From the sequence record SRR31156797_2189: a DNA stretch of 64,000 nt. The stretch is one strand, 5' to 3'. The number at the start of each line of letters is the position of its first letter. The stretch's first letter is position 1. The position numbers and the translations under genes are program-made. The notes beneath the pieces were generated by a model. The model worked only from the letters and a program-made list of their open reading frames with translations. It had not been told where the DNA came from and made no database searches. This document shows positions 1 to 9,744 of the stretch, in pieces.

Positions 1-248
1 GCAAGAGGATCTCCCGGACCGGCTATAGATATGATGAACCCTTTCTCTTCAAGGCAACTGGCCTGTTCATCAACCCAAGCAAGAGATTCATGAGGCAGCA
101 TACAATTGGATCTCACCTGACCTGAGGCAACAAATTTTGTTCTGGAAACTTCCACTGGAGCAACCGGCAAATTTATGACCATATTGCCAAAATACGACTT
201 TTCATGGGTCTGATTATTTTTATAGGCTGTCATCGATAAGACACTCAT
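1..248 (-). CDS. NifB-like protein, N-terminal part (runs off the window); lacks the CxxxCxxC motif
   Basis: Manual translation from ATG at 248: MSVLSMTAYKNNQTHEKSYFGNMVINLPVAPVEVSRTKF...IISIAGPGDPLA. LPVAP and IAGPGDPLA are NifB hallmarks. Lies directly downstream of nifK; not in the ORF track. Confidence 0.7.
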   Translation of the reverse strand, partial: MSVLSMTAYKNNQTHEKSYFGNMVINLPVAPVEVSRTKFVASGQVRSNCMLPHESLAWVDEQASCLEEKGFIISIAGPGDPL

Positions 249-276
249 GCTCTCTTGGTCCTCAGGCAGATATACA

Positions 277-308
277 TGCAGCAGCGATCATTGCCGATCG
301 CTGCTGCA
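277..308. terminator. Perfect 13-bp stem-loop after nifK (mRNA-stabilising or partial terminator)
   Basis: TGCAGCAGCGATC-attgcc-GATCGCTGCTGCA; no U-tract follows on the - strand. Confidence 0.55.
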
Positions 309-319
309 CCGGGTGTGCA

Positions 320-1693
320 TTACAATACAAGTTCAAACTTGCTTGGACTATCATCACGGTCTTTTCTATCCAGCAACGCATCTGTAATTTTTTCTAGTAG
401 ACGCAGGCCGCCCATATAACCGACTGTCGGGAAATGCTGATGTCCCTGACGATCCAAGATAGGGAATCCCCAGCGAACAAACGGTAAGTCTTCATCGCGG
501 GCAATATATTTGCAGTAGGTGTTGCCCATGATGAGATCCACCGGATCATTTTTGATCCACTGGTGGAGCAGAAACATATCGCCCTTGGCTTTGACCTTCA
601 CCTCACAATCCATGTCTGCAGTCAATTCTTTAATCCGCTTTTCAAACTTCTTCCCTGGTGTTCCAGTCACAACGTAGACCGGACACATATCAATAGAAAC
701 AAGAAATTCAGTCATGGCAATCAACTGATCAGGGTCACCAACCAAGGCTACTTTTTTGCCGTAAAGCCATTGGTGCATATCAGAAATAAAATCAACCAGG
801 CGCCCGCGTTCAGCCGCCACTTCATCAGGTACGGTTGTTCCAGCCAAAGTGCGAAGAGCGTCTATAAATCTATCGGTTGCGCTCAAACCAAAAGGCATAT
901 CAAGAACCGAACAAGGCACCTTACATTTGGAATCAAGCAGCCTTGCGCCATCAGCAGAACACCATTCGCCAAGGGCCAGTGTCCCAATAGCCCCGCCACT
1001 TTCTTTAATATCTTCTATAGGCGTACCGGCATCTGGAAACATCGAATATTCGCCCGTCAGAGCGCCGTTGAGAACGCCAGAGGTATCGGGAAACATAGTG
1101 ATATTAATCCCGATGAGCTCAGCGAGCCTTTTGAGCTCAGCCATATCTGAAGGCTCAACCCAGCCTGGAATAATATTTACCTTGCCGTTCTTTTTCTCCT
1201 GCGGCTGGGCAAGAGCAGCCATTGCCTTGACCATGTTGGAAAAACCGGTCACATGCGATCCCACATAACTAGGAGTAGGTGCGCCGAAAACTGTCTTCCC
1301 TTCAGGTATCTTTTTTTCCTTGTTCGCTTTGTGAAAAATCTGCGGTAAATCATCGCCGATTGTTTCAGACAAACAGGTTGTATGAACCGCTATTACTTCA
1401 GGCTCATATACGGTAAATATATTATTAATAGCCTGGATCAGGTTTGCCTGTCCGCCAAACACCGATGCACCCTCGGTAAAGGAGCTGGTGGCAGCCGAGA
1501 TGGGCTCTTTGTAGTGCCTGGTCAACGTACTTCGATGATAAGCACAGCACCCCTGTGAACCGTGACTGTGCGGCAGGCACCCTTTAATGCCAAGCGATGC
1601 ATACATGGCACCAATGGGCTGACAGGTCTTGGCCGGATTAATCATCAAGGCTTTGCGATCAGCAATTTCTTTTGTTGTATGTCGTAGTAACAT
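320..1693 (-). CDS. nifK: Nitrogenase MoFe protein beta chain
   Basis: INPAKTCQPIGA, HGSQGCCAYHR and TTCLSETIGDD P-cluster motifs; follows nifD. Confidence 0.97.
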   Translation of the reverse strand: MLLRHTTKEIADRKALMINPAKTCQPIGAMYASLGIKGCLPHSHGSQGCCAYHRSTLTRHYKEPISAATSSFTEGASVFGGQANLIQAINNIFTVYEPEVIAVHTTCLSETIGDDLPQIFHKANKEKKIPEGKTVFGAPTPSYVGSHVTGFSNMVKAMAALAQPQEKKNGKVNIIPGWVEPSDMAELKRLAELIGINITMFPDTSGVLNGALTGEYSMFPDAGTPIEDIKESGGAIGTLALGEWCSADGARLLDSKCKVPCSVLDMPFGLSATDRFIDALRTLAGTTVPDEVAAERGRLVDFISDMHQWLYGKKVALVGDPDQLIAMTEFLVSIDMCPVYVVTGTPGKKFEKRIKELTADMDCEVKVKAKGDMFLLHQWIKNDPVDLIMGNTYCKYIARDEDLPFVRWGFPILDRQGHQHFPTVGYMGGLRLLEKITDALLDRKDRDDSPSKFELVL

Positions 1694-1718
1694 GATCGTA
1701 CCTTCCTAAAATTCTTTG

Positions 1719-3356
1719 TTATTCCCACACATATGTTGCGGAAAGTTCCGGATTTTCCTGCCAGGGAGCCTTCATGTAGCTCCAGATTTTGCTGTTCACC
1801 AGCCGGTCTATCTCACTATAAAAATTTACCGCTCCAACAAACCCGGCATACGGACCGCCAGAGTCGTAACTGTGCAACTGCTTCATTGGTACGCCCAGCT
1901 TCTGAATAGAATACTTCTCTTTAATTCCAGCACAAAAGAGATCCGGCTTCATCAGCTCAACCAATTTTTCGGCTTCATACTGATTTAAGTCATCAATAAC
2001 CAGAGTGCCCTCACTCATCTGTGGGTTCAAGCCCTCGTACTCTTTAAACTTCAGACCAGCCTTTTCGAGCGCCTCCATTTCTTCCGCTGTCTTCCGCGGG
2101 CTGTACAATTCCGGATCAGCCTCGACCTCAATTTCTTCAATATTTCGACTATCAGCATCAACTTTAAGATTAGGAATCACGTGGCGTCCTTCATAATCAT
2201 CCCGGTGTCCGAACTCATAACCTGCAGAAATGGTTTTCATACCCATTTCTTCAAACAGTTCCTGATAATGATGCGCACGCGAGCCGCCGACAAAAATCAT
2301 CGCTGTTTTACCTTCTGTCCGAGGAAGGACTAACTCCTGTGCGGCTTCAACAGCTGGCATTTCTTCTGCAATTACAGCCTCTACCTTATCGACCAGCTCC
2401 TGGTCGCCAAAGTACTGGGCAATTTTCCGTAGTGATTTTGCAGTTGCCTTTGCCCCGATAAAATTGATTTTAATCCAAGGGATACCGTATTTTGTCTCAA
2501 GCATGTCTGCGACATAGTTAATGGAGCGATGACACATGACACAACTGAGATCTGCCTGGTTAGCCGACGCAAACTGCTCATACGTCGAGTTACCGGAAAA
2601 TGTGGCAATATTGGTGATACCGCACTTCTTAAGGATACGGTCGATCTCAAAACCGTCACCACCGATGTTATATTCACCAAGGAGGTTGATCTTGTATTTA
2701 TCAGTTTTTTCGTTCTCACTTGTCCCAACAAGATGGGTAAATACCTGATTGTTGGCAATATGGTGACCAGCCGACTGGGATACGCCCTTATATCCTTCAC
2801 AACTGAAGGCGAAAACATTACAGTCACCAAACTTCTCTTTCATCTTCTTGGCAACAGCGTGGATATCATCCCCGATCAGGCCCACTGGGCAGGTTGCAAA
2901 AACAGCAATCCCTTTAGGGTGAAAGGTGTCGTATGCTTCCTGAATAGCCGCCTCAAGTTTTTTCTCACCACCGAAGATGATGTCTGAGTCCTGCATATCT
3001 GTGGTAAAAGAATACGGTATATAATTATCTTCTCCTTTTTCACCGGCATCATGTTGATTACGTCGAGTGAGCCAGGCGTAAAAGCTACAGCCCACCGGAC
3101 CATGCACCAGGTTAATAATATCACTGGTCGGCCCCATGATAACGCCTTTACAACCTGCGTAGGTGCAACCACGCATGGTGATAACACCGGGGATTGTTCG
3201 TACATTTGCCGTAATTTCTGGCGTGGTATTTTCGAGGGCCTCATTAATCATTATCTGCTTGGCACGTTTTCGGGCGACCTTAGGCGGATACTTTTCAAGG
3301 AGTTTCCCCTTGATATCATTTGGTTCCCACTGCACCATTTTTTCTGTTTTTCCCAT
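1719..3356 (-). CDS. nifD: Nitrogenase MoFe protein alpha chain (group II, with the C-terminal-half insertion)
   Basis: RGCTYAGC, HGPVGC, TCPVG (P-cluster); VMCHRS and QLHSYD (FeMo-co ligands); 545 aa with the insertion around RNIEEIEVEAD. Confidence 0.97.
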   Translation of the reverse strand: MGKTEKMVQWEPNDIKGKLLEKYPPKVARKRAKQIMINEALENTTPEITANVRTIPGVITMRGCTYAGCKGVIMGPTSDIINLVHGPVGCSFYAWLTRRNQHDAGEKGEDNYIPYSFTTDMQDSDIIFGGEKKLEAAIQEAYDTFHPKGIAVFATCPVGLIGDDIHAVAKKMKEKFGDCNVFAFSCEGYKGVSQSAGHHIANNQVFTHLVGTSENEKTDKYKINLLGEYNIGGDGFEIDRILKKCGITNIATFSGNSTYEQFASANQADLSCVMCHRSINYVADMLETKYGIPWIKINFIGAKATAKSLRKIAQYFGDQELVDKVEAVIAEEMPAVEAAQELVLPRTEGKTAMIFVGGSRAHHYQELFEEMGMKTISAGYEFGHRDDYEGRHVIPNLKVDADSRNIEEIEVEADPELYSPRKTAEEMEALEKAGLKFKEYEGLNPQMSEGTLVIDDLNQYEAEKLVELMKPDLFCAGIKEKYSIQKLGVPMKQLHSYDSGGPYAGFVGAVNFYSEIDRLVNSKIWSYMKAPWQENPELSATYVWE

Positions 3357-3378
3357 AACCTCTGCTCCTTAAAGGAAA

Positions 3379-3753
3379 TTACTGAATCGACTTTGCGCCG
3401 CGCTCGTTAGTCCGAACCCGAACAGCGTCTGGCATGGGGAGGACAAATATTTTGCCGTCACCCGCTTTACCCGTCTGGTTAATGGCTATGATTGCTTCCA
3501 CGATATCATCAACCTTCTCGTCTTCAGCAACGACAGTTACCATTCTCTTGGGATACAGGTTGCCCTTCTCCCCCAGCAGCGCTGCAGCTTCTTCATACCC
3601 TTCTTCAACGCCATCCATCAGCTTGCGATTGACAAACCCAACACCCCTGCCCTGTACTTCGTGGGCAAAAAAGGCGTCCACTCCGGCTTCGGTTAGTGCG
3701 GTTTTGGTTTTGTTCATCATATTCATACGCACAACAGCGATTATTTCTTTCAT
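3379..3753 (-). CDS. nifI2: PII-family nitrogen regulatory protein NifI2
   Basis: MKEIIAVVRMN, GRG, TGKAGDGKIFV PII motifs; second PII gene between nifH and nifD. Confidence 0.9.
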   Translation of the reverse strand: MKEIIAVVRMNMMNKTKTALTEAGVDAFFAHEVQGRGVGFVNRKLMDGVEEGYEEAAALLGEKGNLYPKRMVTVVAEDEKVDDIVEAIIAINQTGKAGDGKIFVLPMPDAVRVRTNERGAKSIQ

Positions 3754-4103
3754 GCGGCCACCTCCTCAGCAGAGGCCCCCTCTTTCACGCCGGAACTGAT
3801 GGTGTACACTTCTTCAACTTCCGATATAAAGATCTTACCGTCACCAAAAGCACCTTTCTTGCTTGATCTGGCAGTATCCATGATGGTATCAACGACAAAT
3901 TCTTTATCTCCTTCCGGCACAACACTAATCAACATTGTTTTTGGGATTTCATCGTAGGTAACTTCACCAATTTTGATACCGCGCTGCTTACCACGCCCTG
4001 CAACGGAATATTTTGTCACTGCTGGAAAGCCTGCGTCCATAAGTGCTGCAAGCACCTCATCAGACTTCTCCGGGCGAACAATTGCTCTAATCATGATCAT
4101 CAT
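3750..4103 (-). CDS. nifI1: PII-family nitrogen regulatory protein NifI1
   Basis: IRAIVRPEK, GRGKQRG, YDEIPK, GAFGDGKIF; first PII gene after nifH. Confidence 0.9.
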   Translation of the reverse strand: MMIMIRAIVRPEKSDEVLAALMDAGFPAVTKYSVAGRGKQRGIKIGEVTYDEIPKTMLISVVPEGDKEFVVDTIMDTARSSKKGAFGDGKIFISEVEEVYTISSGVKEGASAEEVAA

Positions 4104-4130
4104 TGCTTTTCTCCTGTAATATCAATTTTT

Positions 4131-4967
<837 letters not shown>

Positions 4968-5071
4968 CTACGTTGCTATGTTAATTGCTTACATTGCTTA
5001 TCTGCAGTTGTAACGCGGGATACCCCCGTTCCCTGCAGTAACTATTTTCCTTTGTTACTTTCCCTTTCTAA

Positions 5072-5089
5072 TAGCAAGGCCTGTGCCAA
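5072..5089 (-). promoter_or_regulatory. Sigma54 (-24/-12) promoter of the nifH operon
   Basis: Minus strand reads TTGGCACAGGCCTTGCTA, matching TGGCAC-N5-TTGC, about 115 bp upstream of the nifH ATG. Confidence 0.88.
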
Positions 5090-5205
5090 CAACCAACAAT
5101 CAAATTTAACATGTAATTTCAGCATATTAAAAAGGGAAGCCGTTTTAACTAGACAAAACAGCCCATATTGCTCCAGCCACTTTCCTTGCAAAAAAATGAC
5201 AAAAT

Positions 5206-5221
5206 TGTAAAGAAAGAGACA
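5206..5221. promoter_or_regulatory. NifA-type upstream activator sequence (TGT-N10-ACA)
   Basis: TGT AAAGAAAGAG ACA about 120 bp upstream of the sigma54 promoter, with an AT-rich spacer between. Confidence 0.6.
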
Positions 5222-5724
5222 GTATCGAAAGGTTGTCTCCCCACCAAATTGCACATTGTCAAAGGGGCAGGCTGCGTAGCTAGCCCGAAGAATGAGAGAG
5301 TAGGAAAAAGGTAGAAAATAATTATCTGGAAAAGGCGTTGTGCAGGAACAAAACGGGGGATTGCCCCCCTCTTAATTGATTATGACTACCGAATCGAAAG
5401 GCTGAAACCAGCTATTTTACGACAGATCCCTGCACACCAGCGTTCAAAAAAATACCACTCTGGCAACACGCATAACAGGGGTTTGATGACCAACTACTAC
5501 AAGAAGAGAGCGACTGCACACTGTTTTAACCTGACGAAAGGAGACAGTGTCTATTTTACTCCATGATTCTAAATATTTACAGAGAAGCTGGCGAGGTGAA
5601 AAACACTAGGGGCATCTACCAGGAGCATGTTTAACAACCAGATATCTACCTAGATATGGAAAACATGAAAAAATCAAGGTCGGTCTGGTCAGGATGAAGA
5701 TTCAGCCCTTTTCTTCCACAAACT

Positions 5725-6576
5725 TTAGAAGTGATACGCTATACCCAGACGCAACGCAACGTTATCCATGGGAAAATGACCTGTTTGTGTTGTATATATT
5801 TCGCCATCTAAAAAACCTGTGTATGTCGCGTCGGCATCAGCCTGGACATATTGCACAGAAAGGTCGAGAGCCCAGTTTTTTGAAAAGAGCCATTTTGCCC
5901 CTACCGTCATCTGCAGACCGACAACACTGTCTACCTCCATGTGATTATAGGCAGTTCCACCGTATTCCGATGAGAGTGTCCATTCAGGGTCGGCATCAAA
6001 CGTGCTAGAGTAAAAACCGATACCGACCCCTGCATACGGGAGGAAATTGGTTGAATTGGTATATTGGGCAAGCAGGGTGATAGTCGGTCCACTTATGATG
6101 ACGTTTCCATCGGTTTTGTCTTGCAGGGTCGACGTGTTGAAGGCTACGGTTTCCGCCTCTATTCGATCATAAGCTAATTCAAAACCAATGTACTTGTTGA
6201 AGTAATAGGAAACGTTAAATAATATCGGCGCAGCATTCTGTTTTTCATCCAGGCCGTAAATAGTCCCCAGATACGTGCCTGAGCCATATACTCCTCCCCG
6301 ACAACCGGAATCATCTTCGGTGAGCCCTCTTATTGCCGAACGAACACCAATCTGCAAATGATCTTTAATATGCTTATTGAAAAAATCACCGGAGGATACA
6401 TTGATGCTCTTTTCTGAGACCTCTGTTATTTCGCCAACGGCAACCTCTGTACTAATTTTTTTTTCAATATCCCCACTGTTGGTGGATATTGTTTTTTGAT
6501 CAGCACCGTATGCAGCAACGGTGGTAAGCAGCACAGCGGCCAGCGCCAAATATATTTGAATAAACTCTCTATTCAT
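5725..6576 (-). CDS. Outer-membrane beta-barrel protein, OmpW-like
   Basis: Signal peptide (MNREFIQIYLALAAVLLTTVAAYGA), alternating beta strands, PYAGVGIG, C-terminal LRLGIAYHF. ATG 6576 preferred over the track start 6621. Confidence 0.75.
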   Translation of the reverse strand: MNREFIQIYLALAAVLLTTVAAYGADQKTISTNSGDIEKKISTEVAVGEITEVSEKSINVSSGDFFNKHIKDHLQIGVRSAIRGLTEDDSGCRGGVYGSGTYLGTIYGLDEKQNAAPILFNVSYYFNKYIGFELAYDRIEAETVAFNTSTLQDKTDGNVIISGPTITLLAQYTNSTNFLPYAGVGIGFYSSTFDADPEWTLSSEYGGTAYNHMEVDSVVGLQMTVGAKWLFSKNWALDLSVQYVQADADATYTGFLDGEIYTTQTGHFPMDNVALRLGIAYHF

Positions 6577-7423
6577 GTTGGGTTCTACGACTCCTTTGCA
6601 AAAGGATATGATCAGGTGCAAAACCTGCGGTATTAAAATGGTAAAATAGACACCCGAGCGTAATCCGAGATTCTACGAGATTATCTGGCGGTTCCGCAGC
6701 AGGATGACCGGTAAATGGCGCAAAAAGCCCCGGCAATTTTCCATTTGTCCATTGTTCTAGAATGCAGCATTTCATGCTTGCCCTGTGGTTTGAGGTTAAG
6801 GTTACAATACGCTTCCCACTCTTTATGAGAGGAGTAAGAAAAGGGAAAGTACCAAAGAACAACCAGATCTCTTGTTTCACTTGTGATACATCAACAAGAT
6901 TAAATAAATGATGAATGTGGTAGAAAGATGAAGGAAATATGAATAAACAGAGGGCGCAGATGCTCCACCCGGCCCGGCAAAAAAGCACTCTTCCTCAGCA
7001 CCTAGTGGCATTTTGTTATCGTTTTACTCGCAGATTCGATCTACACCAGTTAACACCCAGGTTTTCTAGAATTGCACTCAGGACCCTGCCATTCTCAAAT
7101 GAATTGATAAAAGTGGCTGAGCTTTGTTAGTTTCAAAAAACAGTAGGTGCCCTCTATGAACCGTGTAGGTTAGTTTGTCCAAAACGCATCTGTTATCGAT
7201 AGAATTTTAAAAAAGCTTGGAAGAGCCTGCAAAAAGAGATAGGTTGTTCAGCGATTTGCTGAAAGAGAAAGTGTTGCGGAAAAGCAAACCAAGACTTCAG
7301 CTCCAATCACATTGCATGTCTGGAACACATCTCCATAACATTGGTCACATACGCAGTTACTCGTAGTACCGTTGGAATCCGCTTCTAGGCTTAATATTTC
7401 CCCCAAATTCCTAGGAGAAAACA

Positions 7424-8755
7424 ATGGCGCAAGAAATTCGACTGCTCAAATTACAAAACCTTTCCTCTGATGCGCGCAAAAAGTTATTGCTGCGTACAGA
7501 AAGCGACCTCGGGCAGTACCTTGAAACTGCACAAACAATTATCAAGGCTGTCCAAGAGGAAGGCGATAAGGCATTAGTGCGCTTTGGCCGTGATTTTGAC
7601 AAAGCTCCAATTGAATTGGGCGCCATCAAAGTTACAGATGAAGAATTTGCCCGTGCTGATGCTGCAGTTTCTAAAGAGCTGGTGGAGGCAATACGATTTG
7701 CCACTGAAAGTATCCGCATCTTTCATCAACAGCAGATGCCGGAACCGATGCGAATGGAGGAGATTCGGCCGGGAGTGTTTTGCGGTGAGAAGTATGCGCC
7801 AATCCCATCAGTCGCCTGCTACGTTCCCAGAGGTAAGGGATCGTTTCCCAGCGTATTAATGATGACGGCTGTTCCTGCTGTTGTTGCTGGTGTGGCAAAA
7901 GTTTGTGTACTTACCCCGGCAGGGCCTGATGGTCGGGTTGATGATGCGACTCTCTTTGCAGCTCAAGAGGTTGGGGTAAGCGAGGTATACAAATGCGGTG
8001 GTGCCCAAGCTGTCGCTGCAGTTGCTTATGGCACCGAAACAATCCCCAAAGTCGATAAGATTGTTGGCCCGGGGAGTCCCTGGGTCGTAGCAGCTAAACA
8101 GTTGCTTGCAGACATCATAGACCCCGGTACACCCGCAGGCCCAAGCGAATCAATTGTTTTTGCAGACAGTTCAGCAGATGGGGCATTAGCCGCTCTGGAC
8201 CTGATCATTGAGTCGGAACATGGCCCAGACTCTTCTGCTTACCTCGTCACAGATAGTGAGCAGGTAGCCCAAGCTGCACTGGAAGCAATTCCAAAATACT
8301 GGGAGCAGCTGGGTGAGAGCAGAAGATCTTTTTCCGAAACCGTGCTGTGTGGTGAACGCGGTGGTATTATCATTGCGGATGGCACCCGTGGCTGCATCGA
8401 TTTCATTAACGATTACGCGCCCGAGCACCTGATGATCCATAGCAGTGAACCTTTTGCTCATCTTGGCGCCATAACCAATGCCGGCGAAATTTTGCTCGGC
8501 GAGCACACCCCTATTTCACTGGGTAATTATGTGCTGGGTCCCAATGCAGTACTGCCGACTTCCGGTGCCGCCAAACTCCACTCTCCCCTTGGAGTATATG
8601 ATTACCTTAAGGCAACGGGTATCGGTTACGTAACTTCAAACGCATATCCTATCTTGGCCAGGCACACCCATGCCCTTGCCGTTTACGAAGGATTTGACGG
8701 CCATGCCCTTGCAGTTTCAGAGCTGCGAGATAAACTCCAGGGACAAAAGGGATAA
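7424..8755 (+). CDS. Histidinol dehydrogenase (HisD) family paralogue with altered active-site residues
   Basis: YVPRG, GGAQAVAAVAYGTETIPKVDKIVGPG, PAGPSE, APEHL, EGFDGH; deviates from canonical HisD at ESEH, LGNY and GPNAVLPT. RBS AGGAG present. Confidence 0.88.
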   Translation: MAQEIRLLKLQNLSSDARKKLLLRTESDLGQYLETAQTIIKAVQEEGDKALVRFGRDFDKAPIELGAIKVTDEEFARADAAVSKELVEAIRFATESIRIFHQQQMPEPMRMEEIRPGVFCGEKYAPIPSVACYVPRGKGSFPSVLMMTAVPAVVAGVAKVCVLTPAGPDGRVDDATLFAAQEVGVSEVYKCGGAQAVAAVAYGTETIPKVDKIVGPGSPWVVAAKQLLADIIDPGTPAGPSESIVFADSSADGALAALDLIIESEHGPDSSAYLVTDSEQVAQAALEAIPKYWEQLGESRRSFSETVLCGERGGIIIADGTRGCIDFINDYAPEHLMIHSSEPFAHLGAITNAGEILLGEHTPISLGNYVLGPNAVLPTSGAAKLHSPLGVYDYLKATGIGYVTSNAYPILARHTHALAVYEGFDGHALAVSELRDKLQGQKG

Positions 8756-8760
8756 ATACA

Positions 8761-9552
8761 ATGAACGGTGATCAAGCGACACCTCTGATTGCTCCAGGAT
8801 TTGGCCTTTTAGAAAAAAAGGCCTTGGTAACTGGTGCTTCAAGAGGAATCGGCAGAGCACTTGCTATTGGACTGGCTCAGGCCGGCGCAGAGGTTGTTCT
8901 TGCTGGTAGAGATACGCAAAGCCTCTCCAATGTTGCGGCGGAGATCAGCGGTGATTTTACTCGACCGACAGTACTGACCTTGGATGTGACCGATGTCGAG
9001 GATCTGCAACGCACAGTTGAAACCTGCTGCAGGAAGATCGGCGGCCTTGATATCCTTGTTAATAATGCAGGCTTTGAGCAGGTGGAAAATTCTCTGGAGC
9101 TTACTCCGTCAACCTGGGATGCCATCCTTAACACCAATCTGAAAGGTGCTTTTTTCATGGCACAGGCTGCGGCCAAGATTATGCTTGAGGGCGATGGTGG
9201 AAGTATTGTTAATGTCTGCTCTCTCGCTTCCAGTGTTGGTATCCCCACGGCAGTACCATATACAAGCTCCAAGAGCGGATTGCTTGGAATGACCCGGGCC
9301 CTGTCATCCGAGTGGGCACCTCAAGGCATCCGCGTTAACGGTATTGCTCCCGGATATTTTAGAACGGCAATGACCGATGTCTTTTTCCAGGATAAAGAAT
9401 GGGCAGAGGCTATGCTTGCTAAAATTCCTGTGGGAAGATTTGGTCGAGTGGAAGACCTCATAGGTGCAGTGATCTTTTTCTCCAGCCCAGCCGCAGAATA
9501 CATAACAGGACAGATGTTAACCATTGATGGTGGTTACCTGGCCTCTATTTAA
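8761..9552 (+). CDS. Short-chain dehydrogenase/reductase (gluconate-5-DH/KduD-like)
   Basis: TGASRGIG, NNAG, catalytic S...YTSSK, IAPGYFRT, IDGG. Confidence 0.92.
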   Translation: MNGDQATPLIAPGFGLLEKKALVTGASRGIGRALAIGLAQAGAEVVLAGRDTQSLSNVAAEISGDFTRPTVLTLDVTDVEDLQRTVETCCRKIGGLDILVNNAGFEQVENSLELTPSTWDAILNTNLKGAFFMAQAAAKIMLEGDGGSIVNVCSLASSVGIPTAVPYTSSKSGLLGMTRALSSEWAPQGIRVNGIAPGYFRTAMTDVFFQDKEWAEAMLAKIPVGRFGRVEDLIGAVIFFSSPAAEYITGQMLTIDGGYLASI

Positions 9553-9730
9553 GGACACCTTGAAAGTTGCTTTTTCGTCTCCTTTCGGCGTTGTGCTCAA
9601 AATTTTATCCTTGGAGGTAAGCGAGAACTCCGATATCAACCATATGCCTGTGATAAAATTTATCGCACTCCTCGGAGTTTTCGCTGACCTGACCCTGATC
9701 GAAAATTCTACTCTTTCAAGGCACCCTTAA
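9549..9730. mobile_element. MITE/REP-like palindromic element, copy A
   Basis: Imperfect terminal inverted repeats TTAAGGACACCTTGAAA / TTTCAAGGCACCCTTAA; internal inverted pair AGGTAAGCGAGAACTCCG / CGGAGTTTTCGCTGACCT; core shared with 12060-12217. Confidence 0.65.
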
Positions 9731-9744
9731 CCTAATATTTATTA

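Noticed and set aside
5515-5610. Hammerhead-like CTGACGA followed later by GAAA
   Set aside because: No convincing three-stem pairing around the core.
6700-6830. Possible c-di-GMP-I riboswitch before the OmpW-like gene (CACAGGGCAA, AAAGAGTGGG fragments)
   Set aside because: Fragments are in the wrong order and the GACGCAAA junction is missing.
6569-6988. 139-aa ORF, and other short track ORFs antisense to or nested in called genes (e.g. 5042-5254, 9524-9730, 41577-41843, 53828-54016)
   Set aside because: No recognisable motifs; they overlap regulatory DNA, repeats or real genes and are treated as shadow ORFs.
7424-8755. Calling this gene housekeeping hisD or hpsN
   Set aside because: Zn and substrate motifs differ from canonical HisD, the context is transport/catabolic, and no sulfonate-pathway genes are seen.
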